A DNA stretch of 64,000 nt from assembly GCA_013265495.1 (NCBI GenBank), contig MU057640.1, forward strand, positions 691,303 to 755,302. Reading direction: 5' to 3'. The translations under genes and the position numbers were made by a program. Positions within the stretch are counted from its first letter, which is position 1; each line of letters begins with the position of its first letter. The notes beneath the pieces are model-generated. The model did no database searches and was not told where the DNA came from. It was given only the letters and a program-made list of their open reading frames with translations. Positions 11,330 to 23,419 of the stretch are shown here, one piece after another. The stretch is from Vicugna vicugna. Lineage: Eukaryota.

Positions 11330-12240
11330 GGAAGAGGTGATGGAATCTGATGCAGAAAACTGCTCTACAATATTGGATATTCGGCTTCTGAGCGTTTCCA
11401 AGGAGCTCTTTTCTCCTCGAGGTGACACTTTCCACTGCTGGGAAGTTACTATTGTTAGAATATTCTTAGAGAGAGACCCTCCCCACATCTTCTACCCGTT
11501 TGTTCCAGCTTCGTCTGGGACAATCCAAAACTGTCCACTCACCCTAGGAGACAAACACCGATACGTCTCCTGGGGGTTATTGAATCTGGGTAGGAACTAG
11601 ACAGCTTCATCTATTTCAGTCTCATCAGACATGGCTTCCAGAGTCCCCAGCTGTTTTTTCCTGAATTTCCTCTAGTTTGTTGAAGTTCCTGATAAAATGT
11701 GGGAGCTTAGAACCAAGACTCAACACTGTCTAGAGCAACACAGAGAACAGCGGAAACTGTCTCTCTTCTGACCATTCCACTTTTGTGATTACAACCTAAG
11801 GCTGCTTAAAAAAAAAAGTGATTGCATCTCACTTTTGCTTCTACTAAACTTGCAATCAATCACAACCCCAGATTTTTTTTTTTTTACTTGAATCCAGTGA
11901 AGGCTGGGAATGCTACCCTGTAGTTGTGAGACTGAACCTTTTTTTTTTTTAAATAAACTTTATCTGGTTAAATCATACCTTTGGTTGATTTGGACCTGTC
12001 ATTCCACCTGAAGAAGATGACTTTTCAATATACATCCATTACCTATCAAGTGAGCAATACCTTCCAGGTTTGCATCTTTGAATGTGACTGGCATGTTGTC
12101 TCTTCATCTGAGTCATCAAAAGGATGCTGGATAAGACAGGGCTGTGGCTGGACCCTTGTGGCCACAACCAGAGACTGCCTTTCCCATTAACACAGATCTA
12201 TTAATTCACCCTCTTACTAGCCATCAGGATGTGGTGAATA
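11330..12240 (-). mobile_element. CR1/L3 LINE remnant (reverse-transcriptase region)
   Basis: ggcatgttgtctcttcatctgagtcatcaaaaggatgctggataagacagggc...gaccc is a degraded reverse complement of the CR1 RT motif (GP.LFNIFINDLD); also the L3-type gttactattgttagaa...ttctacccgtttgttc stretch. Confidence 0.6.
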
Positions 12241-15200
12241 TACTTGCTTTAACAATAACTATGGGCAAACGTTGAGGCAGTGGAGGTGGAGGGAGTATGG
12301 GGGGCAGGAATGGATATGGTTTTCAACCTTATCACACTGATATCTGGTAACAAATAAATATTTTCTGGAGCAGGGGATGTAGTTAGGATGGTAATCTCCC
12401 TACAGTAAAGCAGGCTTACAAGAAGGGTGTGGAGTTCCTGCAATTATTACACCAATGAGGCCCATCCCTGTCTGGGGCTCTGGTACCATCGCTCAGGCCA
12501 GAATGATTGGACTGTGACTGGGGGTCATTTTGGATGCTGCGACTGCCAGGGTAGCTGCCCACTCCCAGCCCCGCCCCCCATCCGCCGGGAGCCGGCAAAC
12601 CAACCCCCAAGGTCTTTCTCTCGTCAGCCTTCAAGTGACATCACTAAACTGAAGGTCCCACCGCTCTGAGCTCCATTCAACTCCTCTGCAGCGTCCCAGC
12701 TAGCATTCTGCTCCACCCACAGCAACATTTTATAGTGTTCCTACCTACGAATTTCTATCCTGCCCTCCTTCCAGAAAGCCACACTTCCCAAACTCGATCT
12801 GAACCAAAGATGCACATCTGCTGCCTAAAAACAAGAAAGACTCCTGTGTTGTTTTCACCAGGAGCTCATTTTGGGGGGAAGCCATGGCCACCTTGCTTCT
12901 CAGCCTTCGAAATCCTTAGACCTTGAGTTCTCTGGCTTCTAACCCTCCAGTCTGGACGCAGACAGAGTTGGGTCTCATCTCCCTGAACTCGACATTGGCA
13001 GCTTGGTCTCCTTCCTAGGTTCCTGCTGTTCCAAAGCCTGACTAACGCCTGGAGGGTTCTCTCCTGCCCCCTGAGGCAGGTCGCTGATCCCCTGGCAGGT
13101 CCCAGGCGGATTCTGTCCTCTGCAGAAGCAGGCATCTGTTCCCCTGAGGGGTCTGCACTTGCTGCTGTTCATCCTGCTGAGGGCCCCAAGGTCACCTTCA
13201 CCCTCTGCCTTCTCCTGGACAGATGGGAGCCCTCAGCCATTTGCGCGTGGCTGCCTGGGGACAGGTGCCAGAAATCTGACTATACAAGTGACAAGGAACA
13301 GGCTGAAATCCCACAAACCCATCAGCCACTTCTAAAGTGAGAGCTTCTTCTAAAAGGGCGTCTTTCTGAGTGGAGGGTGGGAGGACGGCTCTGTTACGGC
13401 CAAGGGCTGCAGGTCAGCTCCCGAAATAGATTCCCGCCTGGCGCATCCATCCACGGTGTGCCCCTGGCCTGCCTTAGGGGAGACTGGCAAGGATGCGATT
13501 TGGATCTGAATCAGTGGCTGTAAACACACAGCTGTGCCTTTCTGCCTCACAGGAGTTTTTCACTTGACTGCTCGGCACATGGGGGTCTGGGGAAGGCAGG
13601 AGAGGGCCAGGGTAGGGGCGAGGGAGAGCTGGTGAGAGGAGGAGGGAGCAGTCTTGCAGAGCCTAGCTGTCCCCTGTGTCAGGCGGCTGAGTCACCGTGG
13701 CATTTTTCCTCCAAGTGGGCACTCTGCTGGGAGGGCATTTCTGGCTGCTTTTGGTTGACAGGTTGAACCATCAGCTGCAACAGCTGGGGGTTCCTCCTTC
13801 CGAGGGAAGCGGCAGGGTCCAAGGCTGGGCTTCTCAAAAATGACAACCTCTGACTTTTTTTGATAGATAAAAATCTCACCTTTTCCCAGAGTTTCAGAAA
13901 GACCTCTCCCCTCCAACCCCTGCCATGGAGAATCACTTTATCTCTTTTGTCTTCTCTGTACCCCACTAGCCAAGCTGCCTGGGCTGTCTTACACTTTACA
14001 GTTGGTTTGTAGAAAATAATAGACTTTTACATTTTCATTTTCCAGCTACAAAATCATACTATATTAAATAGGCTTTTTCAGACTTCACTTGGACCCAAAA
14101 TGGAGAGAGAAAGAGAGAGACCAGAGGAGACTTAACCTGCCACTGACTGTAGCCAGGATAACACGCTCTCTCGTGACCTCTTTTTGGTCATTTCTAAGAG
14201 AGGACAGAAGCAAGCTGGCCCAGAGCTCTCCAGGGAACCGGAAAGTGTGTTAGCAGGTGAGCAGCAGAGCAGCAGAATGGTGCTGAGTCCCCAAATGCTC
14301 GCAGTTCATTTCTTCCCACGCCCCACAGGACGGGGCGGTGCAACGGCACCCGCTCTGGAGCCCGCCCCTCGGCCAGCTGACCGCGCTCCCACCTTCTGAC
14401 ACACACCCTGCCTTCTGCGGGTCGGGGTGTGTGGTGCTTACCCTGTTCTTTGTGACCTCTCCCTCCCTGCGCTCCAGGGGTCACAGTGTACGATAAGCCC
14501 CGAGGGGCAATCGGAGGGACCAGGGCTGGGGCAGGAAAGGGGCCGGTGGGAAAGGGGGGAGGTGCCTGCGGCACTTTTAGTGCTGCCAGGGCTTTACCCT
14601 CAAATCCTGTGATTTTAAATAAACACCCAGCTCAGTTCTATCCATGGTTTACTTCCCAGCCTCAAAGATAGGCAGCCACTTCTCCAGCAGGAAGGCAGCC
14701 CCTCTCATTCTGAGGGCTGATTAGCACAACCTGAAAATCTCAGGATCAACAGAAGCGCGGATCTCAGAACACCCCCACTGAAAGGGTCCACAGAGGTGAC
14801 CTAGCCCAAGCCACCGTGCACAGGAGAGAACCAGGGCTCAGGGAGGGCTAGCGCGTGCCTGAGGTCACGCTGCTGGCAAGCTGAGGCTGGAGGCAGGCAG
14901 GACCCGCTCTGCACGGGTTGCTGAGGAGTGCCACAGGGTCCCAGGGGAAGTCCTTCCTGCTCCGGAGGCAAATTTCCCTGTGTTCCCTCCCCTACACTGC
15001 TAGGGAATCTACCTCCATCTCTAGGCAGGCCCGGGTCTCATGAATGCTAGATCTCAGGGCTCTGAGATGGGAGAGGCTGGCACTGCAGTCCATGACCCAG
15101 TAGTCCCAAGGGGATCCAAGGACTGTTTGCAATCAAAACCGACTCTAGAGATTTTTAGTGATCATTCCTTGCTGGAGGCCCGAAAGGATTTTTTTTCAAC

Positions 15201-18200
15201 TGAGGTCAAAGCTCCCTGGGGGCTCTGCTGAGTCTAGGTATTTGAAAACTCTTTTGGCCGGGAGAGCAGGCCTGCTGAGGGGGAGGGGAAACTAGCCCCT
15301 GGGGGAAGGCGCTGCTCTGCAGAGGGCTGAGTGCCCGCCCTGGTTGCCCCGCTTGCCAGGAGTCTCCGGCTTCACTTCCGGGTCAGCAACTGGGCCTGGA
15401 GCTGGGGGTTCCTCCTGGCAGAGCGGCCTGGAAGGGGGTGAGCTGCCGATTTTTCACTCTCATTAGCTTTTCCGTGGCTTTTGGAGAGGGAGGAGGGGGA
15501 GAGGGAGGGTGGGTGACAGCTGGCTCCCAGAGCTTCCTGGTCTCCATCTGACTTCCCTGCTGCATTCCTTGGCAGGCAGGACAGAAACACTTGTGGCGGA
15601 AATGCCGCTCGGCACATGCCAGGGCTCCCTCAGTTCCGGGCCCTCGCTGTTCCAATTCCGAGGAGCACCTTGACAAAGCCCAGCTGTGATATGAGGCTCT
15701 CTTACGAGGGGGACGAACACCTGGTCCCCATCTCTGCTCTCCCCTGGGGCCTCCAGCTCTTGCTCTGGCACCAGCGACCCCATTTCCCATCTTGCGAGCC
15801 TGAGCTACATTTGATGCATGAGGCTCTCAAGAGGACAGTTGGGGCTTCAGCCGGGCACCCGGTAAAGGTGTCTGGGGAAGCTGATGCCACCATCACTCGG
15901 GGCTGCCACTTCTCCTAACTTAAGTGCTGTCCCTCCAGGGAACTGGACACAAGATGCAGAGGACATTTTCTAGCTTCCCCTCCCCAGCTTGGAGTTCTCA
16001 CCCGACGGCTTCGGCTGCCGTCTGAAAAGGGACAATCAGGTTGCTGCTAGTGAGCCAGGCATCCCCTGTCCTGTACGTCAGGGTCACCCGGGTGAGGCCC
16101 TCCTCCCTTTGTAGTAGAGCAGAAGAAATGAGCAGCCTCAGAGACAGCAGGGAGCCAGGGGCCTTTCAGCTCTGCCTGCTCTCCTACCCTTATTGTCATC
16201 TGTCAACCGCAAAACCAGGAAGACGGCCCAGAATGGCAGGCTGGTCAGCCCTGAGCAGGAGGAAGTGGTCTTGAGTTAAAGTCCCCTCCTCCCCACAGCC
16301 AGTAACACCTGGGACCTCCCTCCAGAGAGTCTGAAGAGGAGACAGAAGATGGTGCAAAGGCCACCCACAGGTGTTTCCCATCATGGCTTTCAGATTTTAC
16401 AGCCACTGTGAAAGGAAGCTTCCCAGTGGACAGGGCTAGGGAGAGACAGGCTCTGTTCATTTGACCTGAGGCCATGTCTGCGGCCCCCCTTGAGATGTTG
16501 CTATGTGTTACAGCTCTTCCTGTGTTTGGGGCTCCTTGGACCAGGGGCACCGTGTACAGTGGTATGAGCTGTCCACTGCACAACGGCAGCTGAGGGTCAA
16601 GGGGGGGCTGAAATCCAGTCTGCCTTTTGCTTGGCCAGCTGGGCATCTGTGAGGCTGGGCCCATCAAAGGGAGTTCCATTTTCTCACTCTGAATAAAGGT
16701 GCAACTCTCAGTGAGTTGCACCATGCCATGGGCTTTCAGTGATGTTTGCTTCTGAGCCTCGGCCTTCCTCATCAAACAAGCGGGGCTTTACAGAAGCTCT
16801 GTGGCTCCAGGCGACCAAACGATACAACGCTTAGCATAGCATATCCCCTGGCATTTGCTCTAATATTCAAGTTCTGGGTGACTCAGCTTGCATTGGAGGG
16901 GGCAGTTCACACAGCAACACCTCTGTTGGGAATCGGAAGGCTCCCTCTGCATCCAAATTAGCATGGCCCCCGCAGCTTCCAGGAACTACAATGAACTACT
17001 CCCCAGGATCTCATGTAAAAGGCGGGCATCTGTGGCCTTCACAGGTAATCCCTCCATATCATGGTACACCTGAGACTTGGAAAGAACAATTTGCTTTCTC
17101 CAAATGTTCCTCCTTTACCCAGGAAAGAAAGAACATTGGCATGGGAGAAATTCTGGATTCAGATTCAGTTTTGATAAGAAGTTAGCTGACTGAGATAACC
17201 AACCATCTGGATCAATATTTCCTGCCACCAGTGAGTTCTAAATGGCAGCTGGCCTCACGTTCTTGGGCCATGGACGGCCCAGCTTCGCTCCCTCATTGTT
17301 CCATTATTAGCCCCATGATACGAGTGGTCTTTTTACACATATTTCCCAGCACCATGAGAATGCTATTGAACTAGCCTTTCACTGAGTTTTATATTTTGCA
17401 GTATGTAGCAGATGAAAGGTCATGTAGACCTTCTTTTAGAGAAATCAAGCACTTTATGCCTATTATATTCAGAAAATGATTATCAAATTGCAAGGCATTG
17501 TGCTTCGCTGGTTAATTCTGTTTGATTAGGACACTGGACTGTGGAGACCAAGTTCTGGGGTTCCAGCCTCAGGTCTCTGAGAGCTGCTACTGTTCTACAG
17601 CCATGGGGCATTTCCTCAAATTCAGCCAGGGAAGTGGTCTTACCCCCAAGAGCACAGGGAGCATGGATGGATCAATACAAATCCATCTCCATCTCCACCG
17701 CTGGAAACAAAAACTCAGAACACAGCACCCATTAAAGTCTTCATAGAAAAATAGCAGGGAATTCAGGAATTTTTTTGTTTTGAAGTTTGGGCTTTCTCTC
17801 ATATAGATTCTAAAAATCTCAGGAGCTTGAGAGATTTTTCTCCTTCAGCCGGCCCTGAAAACATCTCTGTAAGTTCTCCCATGTGTACACTTCAGACACT
17901 TGGAAGGTGTCTGAAGCTTTCTCATTCCAAACACTTTGTTAACAGACCTTGGAGGACCACTGAACCAACACTACTCCGGGGATGAAGGGACATCAATAAA
18001 TGCTCTTCACAGAGCGTCATCGAGATTGCACTCGCTTTCCCAATACCCGTGTCTCATGAAAAGCAGCCTGGAGATGTTTGGGTGGCTCATCCTGGTTCCA
18101 GACTTCCTCTCTCACAACCTCAGCCCATGCAGTCAACCTGAAGGGCCTTCCCAGGGCTGCAGGAGGTCTGCTTTTTCCACAGTACACTACGGGCTTGTCA

Positions 18201-19148
18201 ACAAAATCCCTAAACACCCTCCACCCACAGCCTCCGGGCCTCAAGAGAGACAGGAAGGGGTGGGTTCCCACCACTCTCTACCAGCCATCGGGGGTGGGGG
18301 GTGGGAACTCCCGTTGGTCTTGCCTCTAACAATCTGTGGCAGCTTCCTGGTGTGTGAAGCCACTTGACCATGGCAAACCAGCTATGTAGACAGACAGGTG
18401 ACCCACAGGCCTTATGTTCTGCAAGCTCTGATTTCTCATGAGAAAAGATCATAGAGAGTAAAGACCAAAGAAGAGAAGTCATGAGTACCCATATTTTAAT
18501 TGCCACCTACTAGTGTTCCTGTGATGTTTAGATCTAGCAAATTCAAAATAATGTTTAAATTCAGTTAAAATGCATCTAGCCATGAAAGAAAAATGACTAG
18601 GTTGCTTCCAACCCAGAATTCTTGGAATTTATGTTAAAAGGATGAAATAAAGATACTAATCACACAGTAGTCAGGTTCACAAGGACTTTCCTCTTCAACA
18701 GAGGGAGGAAAAAGGCAAGTAGCATCTGTGGGTTTCCACCTTTCGGGAAGGGACATCTGGCCAGTTCCATGCATGGGACCCCTGCTCCCTGGCTGCCATG
18801 TTGGTTTGCACTGGTTTGATGTGAAAAGTGAACAGTGAACAGTGCCGACTGGACCCATGAGCACAAGATGCTTGTTTTTGATGAGTGAGTGAATGAGCAG
18901 GACTGAGTACTTCCTGTACACCAAGCCCCATGCCCCAATCTTACAGAGAACATCGTGGGAAGAGGACCTGGGTCTGTGCTGTTCTGGTGGCCACAGTACA
19001 GAATCCCCCCCCCCCCACGTGCACCGCGGGGAAGACCTACCCACGGCTACTCCACCCCGTGGCTACCGCCCTCCTCTCCCTGTCACGCTATGCAAATGAG
19101 GCTGACAAGGGGCTGTCAGGGGTGCTGGAACTTATGCAGAGGCCACTA

Positions 19149-19186
19149 ACACACACACGCACACGCACGCACGCGCACACGCACGC
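19149..19186. repeat. Compound (AC)n/(ACGC)n microsatellite
   Basis: acacacacacgcacacgcacgcacgcgcacacgcacgc. Confidence 0.85.
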
Positions 19187-19659
19187 TAGCTAGCCCGCAT
19201 TGCCAGACCCATGCAGCACGGCCACTTTCTGCACACGCAAAAGCCACCTGCACAGCAGCACCAGCGCGCCTCCCGCATCTGCGTGGTTGCCAGGGTTCTT
19301 GGAGGGAAATTTGCAATTTTGTTTTTTTTTAGATGAGCTATGGTCTGAGCCAATTTATTTTATGGTCCAGTGTGATGGCCTTCTGCCTGGGCTGCTGCAG
19401 AAGATGCACAAACCACGCAGCCCCAAGGGCAAAGGGGGAGTCCTTCTTCCTCAGGGTCCCCGAGCAGAAGATCAAATGCCAGGCCTGAGGCTGGGTGGTC
19501 CCCTGTGCACCTTCTGCAGAGGGAGCCGCTCTGTCTTTTGCAAATCCATCCCTAGGAGAGAAGCTGCGGACACTCGCAAAAGGCCGGTGTGTTGAGGGAA
19601 AAGCACTGGATTCCCTCCCCCCTCAAATGAAAGGACAACGACAACAACAAAAAACTGGT

Positions 19660-19660
19660 A

Positions 19661-19692
<32 letters not shown>

Positions 19693-19702
19693 CCCAAAAA
19701 AA
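19660..19702. repeat. Poly(A) tract (poly-U in the RGS6 pre-mRNA just downstream of exon 17)
   Basis: About 32 nt of near-pure A followed by cccaaaaaaa. Confidence 0.9.
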
Positions 19703-19717
19703 CCCAGCTGAACTTAC

Positions 19718-19771
19718 CACACTGCGAGTGAACTTTTCTAAGGAAGTTCTACGACCTTGCTCACTTTCTGG
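19718..19771 (-). CDS. RGS6: RGS6 alternatively spliced 54-nt exon (exon 17), phase 0-0
   Basis: ttttttccccctaaag|CCA GAA AGT GAG CAA GGT CGT AGA ACT TCC TTA GAA AAG TTC ACT CGC AGT GTG|gtaagt = PESEQGRRTSLEKFTRSV, the known 18-aa insert that distinguishes RGS6 alpha1 from alpha2 tails. Confidence 0.96.
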
Positions 19772-20838
19772 CTTTAGGGGGAAAAAAAGATAGGGAGAAA
19801 AATACAGAAAAAAAAATCTTCAGCTTACACGTGGTTTCCCAAGAGCAGCAGCGGCAGCTAATGAACCGAAACAAAAGCAAAACAGGGCGGAAAAAAAAGA
19901 AGGAGAAAGAGAAGCAGCCGGCGCTGTATGTGCGAGTCAGCGGGAGAGACAGGAGGCGGGAGAGACGGGAGACGGGAGCCCACGACACGTGGCGCTGCCT
20001 CCCTGGAGCAGTGAGGAGACAGGGGGCTTTGCTTCTCGAAGGGCCAGCTCCAGGGCTGGAGTCAGAGCCACCTGGCTTTGAGCCCAGCCACACTCAGCAG
20101 TTTTGAGCAGCCTGCTCAACTTGCTTTTGACCGGCCGAGCCCCCGGGCAGGAGCCCCGGGGCTGTGTCCATGAGGCTTCAGGCAGCCAACTGGGGTTCCC
20201 AGTGGGGGACACAGAACAGGCCAGCTCCCAGAGCCGTGGGGTGTGTGGGGGTGCTGCTGGGAGTCAGGAAGTTGTCGTGGGCGGGGTGACGTCATCAGGT
20301 CCCCCAGGAGTCTGGGTTAGAACTTCCCCTGAGATTTGCCTGCCTAGATGCCACCAGAAAGTTTGCTAACCTCAGTGACTTCCCAGTGGCCCCTTAATGA
20401 CTCTCATTCTGTGTCCTTAGAGCAAGGAGGCTCTACTCATGTCTTTCGCCATGACAGACGAAGGTCTTGGGTCTCAGAAGGAGTGTTCCGGACCAAAAAT
20501 GTTCTCTCGGTTCTCAGGCAGTGACCCCTTCGAGGTTTACTCCTGGTAGGTGACAGGAGGCTCAGGAGCATCCCGAGGACTCTTAGCTGAGGGGTCCCAG
20601 CACAGGGGCAAGAGGAGGCAAAGCCCTGGTCACCCCTCTTCCCCAGGCCCAGCTGCTTTCCTCCACTGGAGGAAGGGGGGTGTGGTGTGCACGTGACCCT
20701 CTCCCCAAGTTTTCTGCTTTTCCAGGAGGGGAGATAATCACATCCCAAGTACCTGCTAGCTTATCCCAGAGCCGGGAACCAGGGTCCTGCATCCATGACT
20801 GGGAGCTTTGGAGAGCATACGCACTCACATGGGCACAT

Positions 20839-20867
20839 GCACACACACACAAACACACACACACACA
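20839..20867. repeat. Interrupted (CA)n microsatellite
   Basis: gcacacacacacaaacacacacacacaca. Confidence 0.85.
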
Positions 20868-23419
20868 AGCAAGTAATGGAGATTAGAGAGCTGAAGAAGC
20901 AGCCAGATGTCTGTGGGTCGGCAGGATGTGCTGGAAGATGGGAAAAAGCGACACAAAGGACACAGCGCCGCAGAGCCAGGCTGGTCTTTCTCCCGCAGGC
21001 ACATGGGCTGAGGGATCTGCTCTCGGCCCTGGGCACCATACCAAGTCTCCACTCTGGGGACGGCAGATCTCAGCTTCAATCCAGGGGGAAGCCCCAGGGG
21101 GCGCACACGTGGCTCAAGTCAGGCCAGGCCGAGGCCCTGCAGCTAGCCTTCTGCTGTGTCTAGCATCTCGTCCCCTGCTACTGAGGCGCTGCTCCTAGAG
21201 AGCGGGCCGACGGCCTGACTCTTCCTGCCTTGACCGGGCCCTCCGAGCCGCCCTGGAAAATCATACTTAAGTACTGGTACTTAAGTGTTCTGGAGGGGCC
21301 CTCCAAACCCAGCTTACCTGCCCGTGAGAACCTGGTTGTCAGAATGACTAACCTTCTCTCTGAAAATCTGAGGATAGAGGATGCATGAGGGATGAAAGAG
21401 CAGAAGGCTGAGCCTCCGGACTCCATCAGGAGCCTTCCTTCCACAGAAAAGCCAGGCCAATTCACCTTCCCCTCCCTTAGCCGGACCTGGTGGCTCCCAT
21501 CCCTTTATGACCTGGACATCTAGATCACATGATAAGCCCATCCCTGAGATCGGAAAACACGCTAGGCCTACCTGGAAGTGCCGAGTTACAAGTCCAGTCC
21601 ACGCCTGGAGACTCTCAGGGAGAAACGGAAGAAAAGGTAGGCTTGTCACTGCTTCTGAAAACAGCCCCTGGATACTGAAAGGGTGTGGCCACCTGCAAGA
21701 GCTTTCTGCTGCAAGAACACCCCTTCCGTCATGCGGGGCTGGGAGGAGGATGCTAGGGAACTTCCTCCATGACATTTCACAGAAGGCCGTCCACCCATTC
21801 CTTCCTCCGTCATCTCTGAGAAGTTTTCATCCTATGGGAGGACCTGCAGGCAGGTATCTCAGCCCCAATCCCAGCCCTGGGGGGCATTTTCTGTTCTTGT
21901 TCAAACCCACAAGGAGACTGAACGGCCGCTAGCTTCTTCTGGGCGTCTGGACAGGCCTAGATGGGTCAGACTGCTGGAGCCTCACAACTTCCCCACACCG
22001 GGATCAGTTCAGGGTCTTGAGCCGCAAGAAATAAGGAACACTTACTTTGACCTTCTCCCCTGAGATCTGGGCTAGAGGTACCCAAAGTCCCCACAACCTT
22101 TCTTAGTAAAATGAGCATCAGAGCCATTATTTGCGGGGACGTCAGCCTGCTCCATCCTCCTGCAAGGGAGCCGGTTGGAGGCCAGGCTTCACATTTCCCA
22201 TCGTAGTAGTGACACCTGATGGAAGGGATGCAGACTACCGTGAAAGCTGGGTTTCTGACAGTCTGGGTGTTCCCAGACTTCTCTTTCTCAGACTATCCTG
22301 GATGTCCTCAAAACTAAGGGTAAGTGAGCAGGATAGAAATGCTCTTCTAGACTCTGGAGTGATGCAGTACCAGCCAGATACGCAGACAGGATCCTGGCAC
22401 GGGGGGTGGACAGTACACAGAAAGAAGCCTGCGTGGCCGAGAGAGGTAGCCCGACAGACAGCGTGTCGCTAGACAACCACATGCTTAGGGACTGCTGCTG
22501 GAGGCCGCGAAGGGGAAGAGAGGGATGCACGTGCCCCTAAGCAGCATGGCACGAGAGTCCCAGAACGTGGTGCCAGGAGAGCCACATTTAACCACACATG
22601 GGCCTTGGATCAGAACCAAGACGTGCAGAGGGTTTGCAGGCACACTGCGACCATGAGCCAGCCCTCCTGCCTCGCCTTTCCCAGACCCCTGGCCCCTCCC
22701 AGCTCTTCCTCCCCTCCCCTCCTCACCTTGCTTCAGTCACCCCTCATCGCCTGCACACTGAGGGTCCCTGCACCCCCCAAATCCAGACATCAAAGGCTGC
22801 AGGGAACCATGACTTCACTCAGAGTGGAGGAGGAGGAGGGGGCTAGGATGCAGTTACTTCTTGGTTAAACGAAAGGGCAAACGCTGTGGGGGTGGAGAGG
22901 GACAGGAAGTGGGGAACAATCCCAAGAATGACTTCTGGCACCAGATCACCCCCCGGACACCTAAAGGCTTTCTTTCCAGAGGGGGCTGCCCGAATCCCTG
23001 CCTCATACTCATGTCTGAGCTGGTCGGGGAGAGAAAGTCTGTGGGGAGGGGGCTAGAGTCTGCAGCGAGCAGCTCTCTCTGGTTTCCTAGGGGACTCGCT
23101 GGTGTCGCTGCCAGCCCTGTACTCGTGGGCTGAGCCACTGTGGCCTTAAGGTTTGGTCACACTCCCACTGTGGGCAGAACATGCAGGTGGAGGTAATGGC
23201 TACGGGGAGACAGGAGGCCCCACCCTGGACCTCGGGAGTGGGCTGGGGCAGTGACAGCCCTAATTGTCTCCCACTGGAGTGGGAGCAGGTACGAAAGGAA
23301 AGAAGAAAAGAGAAATGAAATAAAACCCAACGGATGATATTCTCATTTCACACCAGCAGCAAGCAGCAGGCAGAGGTCAACAGCGCTAAGGAAGGTGAGG
23401 CCGCCCTTCCCAGAGATAC

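Noticed and set aside
14085..14130. Strong pyrimidine tract with aag|TGA (immediate-stop acceptor)
   Set aside because: The tract is a (GA)n-like low-complexity run, the acceptor is AAG and no poly(A) signal is evident nearby; insufficient support.
21088..21105. CTCF-like sequence gccccagggggcgc (also 8138-8152 and ~26770-26785)
   Set aside because: Mismatches at core positions; cannot be called without a PWM scan or ChIP data.
21265..21286. 22-bp palindrome ACTTAAGTAC-TG-GTACTTAAGT
   Set aside because: Readily explained by a local duplication of a self-complementary TACTTAAGT; no other context.
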